Positions 34,666-44,743 of a DNA stretch of 64,000 nucleotides are shown piece by piece. Location: the NCBI GenBank assembly GCA_038141925.1, contig JAYQJB010000002.1:515493-579492 (forward strand). Reading direction: 5' to 3'. Within the stretch, counting starts at the first letter, position 1, and each line of letters opens with the position of its first letter. A program made the translations under genes and the position numbers. A model generated the notes under the pieces. That model did no database searches. It was not told where the DNA came from and saw only the letters and a program-made list of their open reading frames with translations. Source of the stretch: Gammaproteobacteria bacterium. GTDB taxonomy: Bacteria; Pseudomonadota; Gammaproteobacteria; Magnimaribacterales; AG-339-G14.

Positions 34666-36028
34666 TATAAAAAAAATACATTTAATTGGAATAGGTGGTG
34701 CCGGAATGAGTGGTATTGCTGAAATACTAATCAATTTAGATTATGAAATTTCTGGTTCCGATTTACTTGATACTCCAATAACGAAGAGACTTGAGTCTCT
34801 TGGAGCTGAGATTTTTTATGCCCATAATGCCTCAAACGTAGCAGAAAAGGATTTGGTTGTTATTTCATCGGCTATTTCACATGAAAATCTTGAAGTATCT
34901 GAGGCTGAAAAATTAAAAATTCCAGTAATCAAAAGAGCTGAAATGCTAGCAAATTTAATGATGCTTAAAGAAAGTGTTGCAATAGCTGGCAGTCATGGCA
35001 AAACCACAATAACTTGTATTCTTGCTCATATTTTTAGCAGTAATGAACTTGATCCTACATACATCATTGGCGGGAAAGTAGAATCTTTTGCATCAAATGC
35101 AAAGCTTGGCAAAGGCAAACATATTTTTACCGAAGCTGATGAAAGTGACGGCTCATTTTTATTATTAAGACCCCATAAAGCAGTAATTGCGAATATAGAT
35201 AACGATCATTTAGAGGCCTATCACAACAGTCTTGAAAAATTAAAACAATCGTTTAAGCACATTTGTCTGAAAACTCCCTTTCAGGGTCGAATATTTGCCA
35301 ATGGTGATTCTTCTGAAGTATTAGAAGTCATTGAAAACCTTCCTCGTAACGTAGCTTTATTTGGTTTTTCTGCAAACAACGATTTTCAAATATTAAATTT
35401 CATGCAAGACAAAGATGGTTCTAATTTTGTTTTATTTGATAAAGAAAAAAATAATAAAATGAGCTTTAAAACAAATATGCTGGGAAAGCATAATATTTTA
35501 AACGCAGCAGCAGCTATCACTGTAGCTCTCGATGAAGGAATATCTTATGAAGGAATAAAGCAGGCTTTAGAAAAGTTCATAGTTATTGAAAGAAGGTTTC
35601 AACTAATATCAGAAAAAGTCTTTGAAAAAGACATAATTCTTATCGATGATTATGGACATCATCCAGAAGAGTTAAGCGTTTCAATTAATACAGCTAAAGA
35701 AGTTTGGCCCAATAGAAAACTATTGGTAGTTTTTCAGCCTCACAGGTATTCACGTACAAAAGCTTTGTTTGACGATTTTGTAAGGCTTTTGTCTTCTTGC
35801 GAAAACTTGATTCTTTTGGAGATCTATCCAGCAAGTGAAAAACCGATTCCAAACTATGAAAGTGATGACCTTATTAGAGAGATACATAAGTTAAATCCAT
35901 CGGCAAAATTGGTAAGAGGCATAGAGGAGGCATATGATGCAATGAAAGAAATTGCTGAGGATAATTTCATTTTTCTAACGCAAGGAGCTGGAAATACTTC
36001 GTTGCTTGCAAAAAAATTTAAAAATTAA
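34658..36028 (+). CDS. murC: UDP-MurNAc--L-Ala ligase MurC
   Basis: MNDIKKIHLIGIGGAGMSGIA, GSHGKTT. The ATG at 34658 overlaps the murG stop. Confidence 0.9.
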   Translation: MNDIKKIHLIGIGGAGMSGIAEILINLDYEISGSDLLDTPITKRLESLGAEIFYAHNASNVAEKDLVVISSAISHENLEVSEAEKLKIPVIKRAEMLANLMMLKESVAIAGSHGKTTITCILAHIFSSNELDPTYIIGGKVESFASNAKLGKGKHIFTEADESDGSFLLLRPHKAVIANIDNDHLEAYHNSLEKLKQSFKHICLKTPFQGRIFANGDSSEVLEVIENLPRNVALFGFSANNDFQILNFMQDKDGSNFVLFDKEKNNKMSFKTNMLGKHNILNAAAAITVALDEGISYEGIKQALEKFIVIERRFQLISEKVFEKDIILIDDYGHHPEELSVSINTAKEVWPNRKLLVVFQPHRYSRTKALFDDFVRLLSSCENLILLEIYPASEKPIPNYESDDLIREIHKLNPSAKLVRGIEEAYDAMKEIAEDNFIFLTQGAGNTSLLAKKFKN

Positions 36029-36946
36029 TGAAGATAGAAAATTTAAGTATTGGTATTGTGTGTGGAGGCTTTTCAAATGAAAGAGAAATTTCTTTGAAAG
36101 GAGCTCAATCAATTCATCAAACCTTGGTTGCCAAAAACATAAACTCCAGACTCATTGATATCAGAGATAAAAACGAAATGCATAACAAAACAATGTATGA
36201 GGATATTGATTTTGCTCTTGTAATGATTCATGGAAAAGGTGGAGAAGATGGAGAAGTTCAAGAGTTTTTATCTTCATTGAATATTAAGTTTTCAGGAAGT
36301 GATATTTTAGGTCTAAAAAATTCATATGATAAAGTTCTGACAAAACAAATTTGGTGTGAAAACAAAATAAATACCCCTCAATATGTGTCGGACATATCAG
36401 ACTGGTCTGATCTTCCAAACTTTTTAAAAAAAAGCTTCAAAGTTGGTAATAAAACCTAGCAAGGAAGGTTCAAGTCTTGGAGTATCAATAATAAAAAATA
36501 ATTCTCAAAATTTTTCAAAGGCCATTAAACATGCAAAAAATTATGAAGGCACTCCAATCATTGAAGAATTTATTCCTGGAAGAGAACTTACTATCTCAGT
36601 TTTAGGAGATTTAATCTGTGATCCAATAGAAATTGAAGCACAAGAAGAGTTTTATAATTTTGAGGCAAAATATAATAGAACTGATACATCTTATAGCTTT
36701 CCTGTTTTTGCAGAAGACAAACTAGCTAAGCTTAAAAAGCTTTCAAAGAATGCTTTTGACATTTTAGGGTGTGATAAATGGGGGAGAGTAGATCTAATTG
36801 AATATGAAGATAAATTCTTCTTTATTGAAGTGAATACCGTTCCAGGAATGACAGAGACCAGTTTAGTACCTAAATCAGCAGAAAAAGAAGGTTTAAGTTT
36901 TTATGAACTCATAAAAAAAATAATAATGGATTCTATTGATAATTGA
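36028..36946 (+). CDS. ddl: D-alanine--D-alanine ligase (frameshift in A8 36426-36433)
   Basis: The N-terminal part ...GGFSNEREISL...HGKGGEDGEVQ joins the ATP-grasp part ...VIKPSKEGSSLGV...EVNTVPGMT. About 305 aa. Confidence 0.9.
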
Positions 36947-37017
36947 GTTCTTTTGACTTAGACTTCGCCTGTTTTCTTGAGTCTTACTAAAAAGATTCAT
37001 ACCCATAAGGAGGCAAA

Positions 37018-37398
37018 TTGAATCATTACGAGATAGTTTATATATTCAACCCTGACGAAAAAGAACAGGGTAAATCCCTTTTTAATAAAATCTTAGAGAC
37101 AACCAAATCCATTAAAGGTCAGATACATAGATCCGAGGAAATTGGTTCTAGAAGATTGGCATACCCAATAAAAGATTATTATCGAGGCGAGTACTTTTTG
37201 ATCAACTTGGAGTGTAATTCCTCTGAGCTAGCATCAATAACCGATCTTTTTAAATTCAATGAGAATATTTTAAGAACATCTGTTTTAAAGAAAAAACAAC
37301 CTGAAACTACTAAATCAGCCTTAATGGAACAAACCAAAGAGTCTTCGTATGAAAAAGATTCAAAAGACGAAGGCCTTATTAAAAAAAGTTTCAAATGA
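37018..37398 (+). CDS. rpsF: 30S ribosomal protein S6 (as assembled; may continue into the repeat ORF)
   Basis: TTG start behind aaggagg. MNHYEIVYIFNPD...RRLAYPIK...YFLINLE. The stop comes 9 nt after A7 37381-37387. Confidence 0.9.
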   Translation: MNHYEIVYIFNPDEKEQGKSLFNKILETTKSIKGQIHRSEEIGSRRLAYPIKDYYRGEYFLINLECNSSELASITDLFKFNENILRTSVLKKKQPETTKSALMEQTKESSYEKDSKDEGLIKKSFK

Positions 37399-37864
37399 AG
37401 CAAAAGAAGTTTTATCAAAAGCAGAAGAAGTAGTCGAAGACGCCATAGAAGAAGTTAAAGAAGCTGCTGAAAAAGTAGAAGAAGTAGTAGAGGATGTGGT
37501 TGAAGAAGTGGTCGAGAAAGCTGAAGAGATTGTTGAAGCTGCTGAAGAAGTCGTTGAAGACGTTGTTGAAAAAGCAGAAGAAGTAGTCGAAGACGCCATA
37601 GAAGAAGTTAAAGAAGCTGCTGAAAAAGTAGAAGAAGTAGTAGAGGATGTGGTTGAAGAAGTGGTCGAGAAAGCTGAAGAGATTGTTGAAGCTGCTGAAG
37701 AAGTCGTTGAAGACGTTGTTGAAAAAGCAGAAGAAGTAGTCGAAGACGCCATAGAAGAAGTTAAAGAAGCTGCTGAAAAAGTAGAAGAAGTAGTAGAAGA
37801 AGCAGTTGAAGAGGCAAAAGGAGAAAGCAAAAGGAGTCTTTGCAAAAGTAAAGAACGTTTTTAA
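37349..37864 (+). CDS. Hyper-acidic Glu/Val-rich tandem-repeat ORF (either a separate 171-aa protein or the C-terminal extension of S6)
   Basis: Open frame across the 153-bp repeats. Composition is dominated by E, V, A, K and D. Deleting one A in 37381-37387 puts it in frame with rpsF. Confidence 0.4.
   Translation: MKKIQKTKALLKKVSNEAKEVLSKAEEVVEDAIEEVKEAAEKVEEVVEDVVEEVVEKAEEIVEAAEEVVEDVVEKAEEVVEDAIEEVKEAAEKVEEVVEDVVEEVVEKAEEIVEAAEEVVEDVVEKAEEVVEDAIEEVKEAAEKVEEVVEEAVEEAKGESKRSLCKSKERF
37421..37797 (+). repeat. Tandem repeat, 153-bp unit, about 2.5 copies
   Basis: Copy 1 (37421-37573) and copy 2 (37574-37726) are identical at 153/153 by direct comparison. Copy 3 is identical for 71 nt, to 37797. 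Confidence 0.95.
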
Positions 37865-37889
37865 ATCAGACAAGAAATAGTAAATAAAA

Positions 37890-38153
37890 ATGAGAAGGCA
37901 AAAAGATAATAAAAGAAGAAATCAAAATCAGGACAACTTTCTAAAGCCTAAAAGAGCTTGTCAATTCACCGCAGCGGGCGTTGATGAAATTGACTATAAA
38001 GATGTTGAGCTATTAAAAAAATTCATAACAGAAACAGGAAAGATTATTCCAGCACGTATGACCGGCACAAGTGCAAAGTATCAGCGTCAGCTTACCAGAG
38101 CCATCAAAAGAGCAAGGCTTTTGGCATTATTGCCTTTTACGGATAGTCATTAG
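37890..38153 (+). CDS. rpsR: 30S ribosomal protein S18
   Basis: ...[35 protein letters not shown]... Confidence 0.95.
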   Translation: MRRQKDNKRRNQNQDNFLKPKRACQFTAAGVDEIDYKDVELLKKFITETGKIIPARMTGTSAKYQRQLTRAIKRARLLALLPFTDSH

Positions 38154-38158
38154 AAGCA

Positions 38159-38609
38159 TGAAGTTAATTCTACAAGAAAGTATTACAGGGCTAGGAAACC
38201 CTGGAGACTTGGTTCAAGTTAAATCGGGTTATGGTAGAAATTATCTTTTACCCTCCGGCAAAGCGATTATTGCCAATGAAGAAAATATGAAGGTTTATGA
38301 AGCTAAACAAGAAGAATTGAAACTGCAAGAAGAAAAAGACTGAAACTTGCAAAAGAAATTTTTGAAAAAATAAATGATTTTTCTGTTTCTCAAAATGTTG
38401 CAATTTCTGAAGAAGGCACAATGTATGGCTCAGTGGGAACAAAAGAAATTTCAGAACTTTTAGAAGTAAATGATTTCCAAATTGAAAGAAGCGCAGTAGG
38501 ACTTCCTGAGGGTTCGCTGAAAGAACTTGGAAACCATGTGATTGATATCGAATTACATCCTGAAGTTGTAGCAAAAATTAATCTCGAACTTAAACCCGAA
38601 GAATCTTAA
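38159..38609 (+). CDS. rplI: 50S ribosomal protein L9 (frameshift in A-run near 38335)
   Basis: [32 protein letters not shown]. The C-terminal domain is in a shifted frame (...[10 protein letters not shown]...). About 149 aa. Confidence 0.9.
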
Positions 38610-38657
38610 AATCTAATTGTCTTCATTCTTTAGTAGTGGGAGAATATCAGCCCTGCT

Positions 38658-40009
38658 ATGAGAAAAGAAAACGACTTACCATCATCTATTGAAGCCGAAA
38701 AAGCTGTTCTTGGAAGCATTATTTTAGAACCAACGCTATGGGATTCATTGTCTGTAGAAGTTGATGAAAGTGATTTTATTGCCAACGAACATAAGTTAAT
38801 TTTTCGTGGTATCAAAAAACTTATTGATCTTGGGTCTGAGATTGATACCGTTACTTTAATTGAATCTCTTTCAAAAGATAGCGATCTTTCATCTCTTTCT
38901 AATTTTGATCGAGTGAGTTATGTAAAAAATTTGGTATCTGAAACACCGGGTACAGCTAACTTTGTTAATTATACAAACATTATTAAACAGTCTTCTTCGC
39001 TTAGGAAATTAATATCAACTGCAGCTGATATTTCATCTTTGGCAAAGGAAGCAGATACTTTTGAAAGCGAAAGTGCTTTAAGTGAGGCTGAAGACAAGCT
39101 AATAAAACTCAGAGACTCAATTCAAAGAAGTTCTGGTCCAATGCTAGCTAAAGAATTGATAAAACCGGTTTATGACAAGATAGACGAGACCATAAGATCT
39201 GATGGAGATTTGGTTGGGATAAGCACAGGCTTTAGAGATTTGGATAAGCTCACAATGGGCTTACAACAAGGAGATTTATTCATTATTGCAGGTCGACCCA
39301 GTATGGGAAAGACTGCTTTTGCTCTTAGCATTGCCGGACAATTGGTAAATGATGGCATACCATCAGTGCTTTTTAGTTTGGAAATGTCAGCAAGATCTAT
39401 TATGTACAGGCTGATATCCCTGCTAGGAAAAATAGAATTAAAAAAACTATTCGAAGCAAAAAATCTTTCTGATAATGATTTTAACGAGATAGAGAACTCT
39501 CTTTCTTTGCTAAGTAGATCAAAATTTTATATAGATGATACATCTTCATTGTCTCCATCAGAAATTCTCTCTAGATCAAGAAAGCTCAAAAGAGAAAATC
39601 CTGATTTAGGTCTTATCATTATCGATTACATGCAGTTGATGCAAGCTGATACTAAAAATGATAATCGTGTTTCAGAAATGAGTGAAATTTCTAGATCTTT
39701 AAAAGCTCTAGCAAAAGAAATTGATGTCCCGGTAATAGCTTTATCTCAATTGAATAGAGCGCCTGAAACAAGGACCGCAAAAAGACCTGTTCTTGCTGAC
39801 CTAAAAGATTCTGGAGCGATTGAGCAAGATGCTGATATTGTGACTTTTGTTTTTCGTGCAGAAAAATACGAACAAGATCTTGAAAATAGAGGACTTGCAA
39901 TAATTGATGTAGCAAAACATAGAAATGGACCAACAGGTTCGAAGTGAAATTGCATTTTTCAGATAAATATACAAAGTTCCAAGATCTTGCGCCAGATGAT
40001 CCAGCTTAA
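38658..40009 (+). CDS. dnaB: Replicative DNA helicase DnaB (frameshift near 39940)
   Basis: PSSIEAEKAVLGSIIL, Walker A GRPSMGKTAF, IIDYMQLM, SQLNR. The shifted tail reads ...VKLHFSDKYTKFQDL. Confidence 0.9.
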
Positions 40010-40039
40010 GAAATCCAGATTTTTCAGAAGAAGATTGAA

Positions 40040-41107
40040 TTGAATCGTCCAACATTTGTAGAGATCGATCTAAAGGCTTTGGATTTTAATCTTAAAAGTC
40101 TTAAGAGCTCTGTACACTCTGCTAAATTTTTTCCAGTAGTAAAGGCTGATGCATATGGCCACGGTATAGTCAAAATTACGAAACACATTCAAAGTAAAGT
40201 TGATGGATTTTGTGTTGCAACGTCTGAAGAGGCCATAAATCTTCGTTCAAAATCAAAAAAACCTATTTTAGATTTGGAAGGGCCCTACGATTTAGCTGAT
40301 ATGAAGGCGCTTTTCAAAAACGATATAGAGTTTGTCATCCACTCCAGCAGGCAGCTTAATTTTTTAAATCAAATTAAGAAATCCAAAGAAAGTCATCCGA
40401 TATGGATTAAATTTGACTCAGGAATGAATAGACTGGGATTTCCAATTAAAGATTCTTCAATAATTTTTGAAGAAGTTTCTAAAAAAACCAACCAAATAGT
40501 TTTGATGAGTCATTTTTATTCATTTAAAGGTAATGCAAAACAACTACAGAAATTCAAGGATCTTGAGAAAAGATGTTCCTCTGATGAAATTTCTGTAAAG
40601 AAAAGCCTATGCAATTCTGGCGGCATGATTAATTATCCTGCTTCGCAGAAAGATATTGTAAGACCTGGGATAAGCATGTTTGGCAGTAGATCAAACTTAA
40701 AAGATAAAAATATAAAGCTTAAATCTGTAATGACTTTGAAATCAAAGTTCATATCTTTAAAAGACATTGAAAAAGGAGAAAAGGTTGGTTACGAAGGGAC
40801 TTGGCAAGCCAAAAAGCGAACTAAAATAGGTATTTTGCCAGTAGGGTACGGTGATGGGTATCCAATAAACTTGAGCAATTGTGGGAAAGTATTGATTAAA
40901 GGAAAATTAGCGCCAGTAATTGGAAAAGTTTCAATGGATATGGTTGCAATTGATTTATCCAATATAAGTAAAATTAGTTATAAGGATGAAGTTATTTTAT
41001 GGGGTAGTGGCCATGAAGTAGACACAGTGGCTAAATATGCTAATAATAGTTCTTACACGTTGATGACTGGATTAACAAATCGCGTAAAAAAGGTATACAA
41101 GTTATGA
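40040..41107 (+). CDS. alr: Alanine racemase
   Basis: TTG start. PLP-lysine motif VVKADAYGHG. 355 aa, and follows dnaB as in Pseudomonas. Confidence 0.85.
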   Translation: MNRPTFVEIDLKALDFNLKSLKSSVHSAKFFPVVKADAYGHGIVKITKHIQSKVDGFCVATSEEAINLRSKSKKPILDLEGPYDLADMKALFKNDIEFVIHSSRQLNFLNQIKKSKESHPIWIKFDSGMNRLGFPIKDSSIIFEEVSKKTNQIVLMSHFYSFKGNAKQLQKFKDLEKRCSSDEISVKKSLCNSGGMINYPASQKDIVRPGISMFGSRSNLKDKNIKLKSVMTLKSKFISLKDIEKGEKVGYEGTWQAKKRTKIGILPVGYGDGYPINLSNCGKVLIKGKLAPVIGKVSMDMVAIDLSNISKISYKDEVILWGSGHEVDTVAKYANNSSYTLMTGLTNRVKKVYKL

Positions 41108-42216
41108 AAATTAAAGTTTTAAAAGAAACCCCAAGAAACATAAAAGAGTTTCCTGTTGAAAACGAATACAACCTTTCTAAGGAAGAAGTCACTGATATAG
41201 CTGAGATTTTTAGTACTCCCTTAACAGGTTCTTACAACTGGGACTATACGGTTCAAGATAATAGCATCAAAAGACTGTATGAACTTGGAAAAGATCTCAA
41301 TTGGAATGCAGAAAAAGACATTGATTGGGACAGACCTTTACCTGAAAGAGGAGATACACCTCCTCCTATATTTTGGGACGATTACGAGCCTTATCAAAAG
41401 CTCTCCACTGAAGATAAATTCACTTTCATGAGTCATAGAGGAGCTTGGTCTTTAAGCCAATTTTTGCATGGCGAACAAGGAGCTTTGTTAGTAGCATCGC
41501 AACTCGTATCATGTGCTCCAACTTTCAATGCAAAGCTTTATGCTGCATCTCAAACTTTTGATGAAGCAAGACATGTTGAAGCATTTAATAAATACATCCA
41601 ATCTAGAGTTGGAATTATGTATCCTGTAGGAACAGGTCTTAAGTCTTTACTTGATAAAATTTTGACTGACCCAAGATGGGACCTTAAATTCATCGGGATG
41701 CAAATAATCATAGAAGGGCTTGCTCTTGCTGCTTTTAATCTTGCGAGACAAGGTACTTTTGATCCTGTTTTTAAAGATATGCTTTACTTAATCATTAGGG
41801 ATGAGGCAAGACACGTGACGTTTGGTGTAAATTATTTAGAGGAGTTTGTAAAAACCCTTTCTGATGAAGAAAGAGAGGAAAGAGCTCAATTTGCTTATGA
41901 GGCTTGTGTTGTGATGAGAGGTAGATTGATGTCTTCAGAAGTATATGAACATTTTGGATGGGATGTGGAAGATGCCATTGCTTTTCAAAGCAAGTCCGAT
42001 GTTACTAACAACTTCCAACACTTGTTGTTTACAAGAGTCGTACCTAACTTAGCAAGAATTGGCTTATTAACTGATAAAGTCAAACCTTTGTATGACGAAC
42101 TGGGTGTTTTGGATTATCAAGACTGGCCAACGGATGGAGAAATTGATTGGGCTTCTCTTTCAAGGCCGCTGGATCAATCGGAAGAAGTAGAAGAAGGTCA
42201 GTTTATATCCATCTAA
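41104..42216 (+). CDS. Ferritin-like diiron-carboxylate protein (AurF / R2-like oxygenase superfamily), function unknown
   Basis: 370 aa with four ligand-bearing segments in order: HGEQGA, DEARHVEAF, IIEGLALAAF, RDEARHVTFG (an E, EXXH, E, EXXH pattern). The start overlaps the alr stop (ATGA). Confidence 0.6.
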   Translation: MKIKVLKETPRNIKEFPVENEYNLSKEEVTDIAEIFSTPLTGSYNWDYTVQDNSIKRLYELGKDLNWNAEKDIDWDRPLPERGDTPPPIFWDDYEPYQKLSTEDKFTFMSHRGAWSLSQFLHGEQGALLVASQLVSCAPTFNAKLYAASQTFDEARHVEAFNKYIQSRVGIMYPVGTGLKSLLDKILTDPRWDLKFIGMQIIIEGLALAAFNLARQGTFDPVFKDMLYLIIRDEARHVTFGVNYLEEFVKTLSDEEREERAQFAYEACVVMRGRLMSSEVYEHFGWDVEDAIAFQSKSDVTNNFQHLLFTRVVPNLARIGLLTDKVKPLYDELGVLDYQDWPTDGEIDWASLSRPLDQSEEVEEGQFISI

Positions 42217-42290
42217 TTTATCTCTGATAAAGTTTTCTAAATAGCTTTAGACTATTCTGATATACTAATGAACCATCTTGTATGAAAAAG

Positions 42291-43915
42291 ATGGCTTCAA
42301 AAAATCCTAAATTCTTATTTGTAACTGGTGGAGTCGTTTCTTCTATCGGTAAAGGCATTCTTTCAGCTTCACTTAGGTTCTCTTTTAGAGAGTAGAGGGT
42401 TAAAAGTCACAGTAATGAAGCTTGATCCATACATAAACCTTGATCCTGGCACAATGAGTCCTTTTCAACATGGCGAGGTTTTTGTTACAGAAGATGGTTC
42501 TGAAACTGATCTCGATCTTGGACATTATGAAAGATATTTGAACTCAAAAATGTCGCATAAAAATAATTTTACTGCAGGTCAAGTGTATGAAGATGTTCTT
42601 AAAAGAGAAAGAAAGGGAGAATTTTTAGGTTCAACCGTGCAAGTAATTCCCCATATCACTGATGAGATTAAAAAAAGAATTGCATATGGCGCAGGCGATA
42701 ATGACATCGCAATTATAGAAATTGGTGGAACCGTTGGCGATATTGAGTCACAACCTTTTTTAGAAGCAATTAGGCAAATGAAACTTGAGTTGGGATCTGA
42801 AAGGACACTATTTACACACTTAACTTTCGTTCCTTATTTAGCATCATCAGGAGAAACCAAAACAAAACCAACCCAACATTCCGTGAAAAGTCTGTTATCT
42901 CATGGTCTGCAAGCAGATATTTTAATTTGTCGATCTGAACAAAATCTTTCAAAAGCAGATTGCAGAAAAATTGCTTTGTTTACCAACGTAAATGAAGATT
43001 GTGTTTTTACATTGCCTGATGTGCCATCAATATACGCAATCCCTGTAATGATGAATAAACAAGGCTTAGATCAGCAAATAGTAGAAAAACTAAAATTAAA
43101 ATGTTCTAAGCCAAAACTTAATGATTGGAAAAAGTTACTAAACTTGAATCAGAGCAAAAAGGAGAGACTAAAATCGCGATGGTAGGTAAATATACTGAAT
43201 TGGTAGATTCATATAAATCAGTAAATGAAGCTTTAATTCACGCGGGTATCCACAATAAGACAAACGTAAAAATTGAGCACATAGATTCTGAAAGATTCAA
43301 TAAGGGAGTAGAAAATTTAGAAGCTGATGGCATTTTAATTCCAGGAGGATTTGGAAATAGAGGCGTTAAAGGAATGCTTAACGTAGCAAAGTTTGCTAGA
43401 GAAAATGACGTCCCTTATTTTGGGATATGCTTAGGGATGCAAGTCGCGGTCATAGAATTCGCAAGAAATGTATTGAAATTGGATGCTGACAGTACTGAGT
43501 TTAGGAAGAACACTCAGCATCCAGTAATAGGATTGATTACAGAATGGCTTGATGAAGATGGACTTATTCAGTACCGGTCGGAAGACTCTGACAAGGGGGG
43601 ACTATGCGTTTAGGAAGTCAGGTATGTCATTTAAAGAAAAATAGCAAGATGGCAAAGCTTTACAAAAAACTCAAAATTTTTGAACGCCACAGACATAGGT
43701 ATGAATTTAATGGCAATTATGAGTCAGCATTTAATAAAAATGGTATGGCTGTAGTTGGAAAATCTGAAGACGAAACCTTGGTCGAAGCAATTGAAATTAA
43801 GAACCACAAATGGTTCATTGGCTGTCAGTTTCATCCTGAATTCACATCCGATCCAATAAATGCACATCCGCTTTTCAAAGGATTTATTAAAGCTGCTAAG
43901 TTAAACTCTAAGTAA
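42291..43915 (+). CDS. pyrG: CTP synthase (at least three frameshifts)
   Basis: The N-terminal part [17 protein letters not shown] begins upstream of the listed ORFs. The fragments continue through ...GGTVGDIES... and the glutaminase part FGICLGMQ...HRHRYEF. About 541 aa. Confidence 0.9.
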
Positions 43916-43918
43916 AAA

Positions 43919-44739
43919 ATGAGCGATTTAGTAAAAATAGCAAAAACAGAGATTTCAAATTCCAACAAACTTTGCGTCATTGCTGGTTTAAATGTTTTAG
44001 AAGACGATCAACTTACTTTCAAGGTTGCTGAAAGATTAAAAAAAATTACTGAGGCTCAGGGAATTCATTCATTTTTAAAGCTTCATTTGATAAAGCTAAT
44101 CGCTCGTCTGTAGATTCATATCGAGGACCGGGTCTTGAAAAAGGCTTAGAAATCTTTAGAGAATTAAAAAATAGTGACTATCAACTTATTACCGACATTC
44201 ATGAAATAAGCCAAGTTGAACAAATATCAGAGGTTGTTGATATTATCCAAATACCTGCTTTTTTATGCAGACAAACAGATCTAATCAAAGAAGCTTGTCA
44301 GTCTGGAAAGCCATTAAACATAAAAAAAGGGCAATTTTTATCTCCTGATCAAATGAAGAATATCATTGAAAAATGCAGCAATTTTGGCAACGATGAAGTC
44401 ATGCTTTGTGAGAGGGGCACTTCTTTTGGCTATGACAACTTAGTTGTAGACATGTTGGGTATGTCTAAATTAAAAACTTTTAATTGCCCAATTATTTTTG
44501 ATGTTACTCACTCCCTTCAACTTCCTGGTCAAGGAAAAACTGCCGCAGGTGGTAGAGGAGATCAAGCTGAAGATTTAGCCAAAGCCGGAGTATCTTTGGG
44601 CATAGCTGGCCTATTCATAGAAGTCCATCCCAATCCAAAAGAAGCTCTTTGTGATGGTCCGTCGGCAACTCCTTTAGATCAATTTGAAATCCTTTTAAGT
44701 AAAGTAAATGCTGTTGATCAGGCTGTGAAAGGTTTTTAG
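43919..44739 (+). CDS. kdsA: 3-deoxy-8-phosphooctulonate synthase (frameshift near 44075)
   Basis: ...VIAGLNVLE..., the shifted middle part FKASFDKANRSS...IPAFLCRQTDL, and the C-terminal part DVTHSLQLPG. Confidence 0.9.
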
Positions 44740-44743
44740 GAAA

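Noticed and set aside
36947-37017. An imperfect hairpin (AGACT...AGTCT) after ddl as a rho-independent terminator
   Set aside because: There are only about 5 paired bases, a 15-nt loop and no trailing T-tract, which is not convincing.
37421-37797. Could the 153-bp repeat be a CRISPR array or a mobile-element remnant?
   Set aside because: The copies are directly adjacent with no spacers, sit in frame within an ORF, have no terminal inverted repeats, and no cas or transposase genes are nearby.
37360-37873. Two long minus-strand ORFs (161 aa Ser/Thr-rich, 152 aa Phe-rich) across the repeat
   Set aside because: They are antisense shadows of a GAA/GTN-rich in-frame repeat, because low-complexity repeats stay open in several frames. 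There is no start context or flanking signals, and the plus-strand frame fits the rpsF-rpsR operon direction.
37399-37889. The repeat ORF as a replacement for priB (rpsF-priB-rpsR-rplI in enterics)
   Set aside because: The rest of the window follows the Pseudomonas-type order, in which rpsF is followed directly by rpsR. Absence of priB here is therefore expected and is not evidence of displacement. The ORF has no OB-fold-like sequence.
39801-40055. An 84-aa minus-strand ORF spanning the dnaB-alr gap
   Set aside because: The gap is explained by the frameshifted DnaB C-terminus (…VKLHFSDKYTKFQDL, stop at 40007-40009) and the alr TTG start at 40040.
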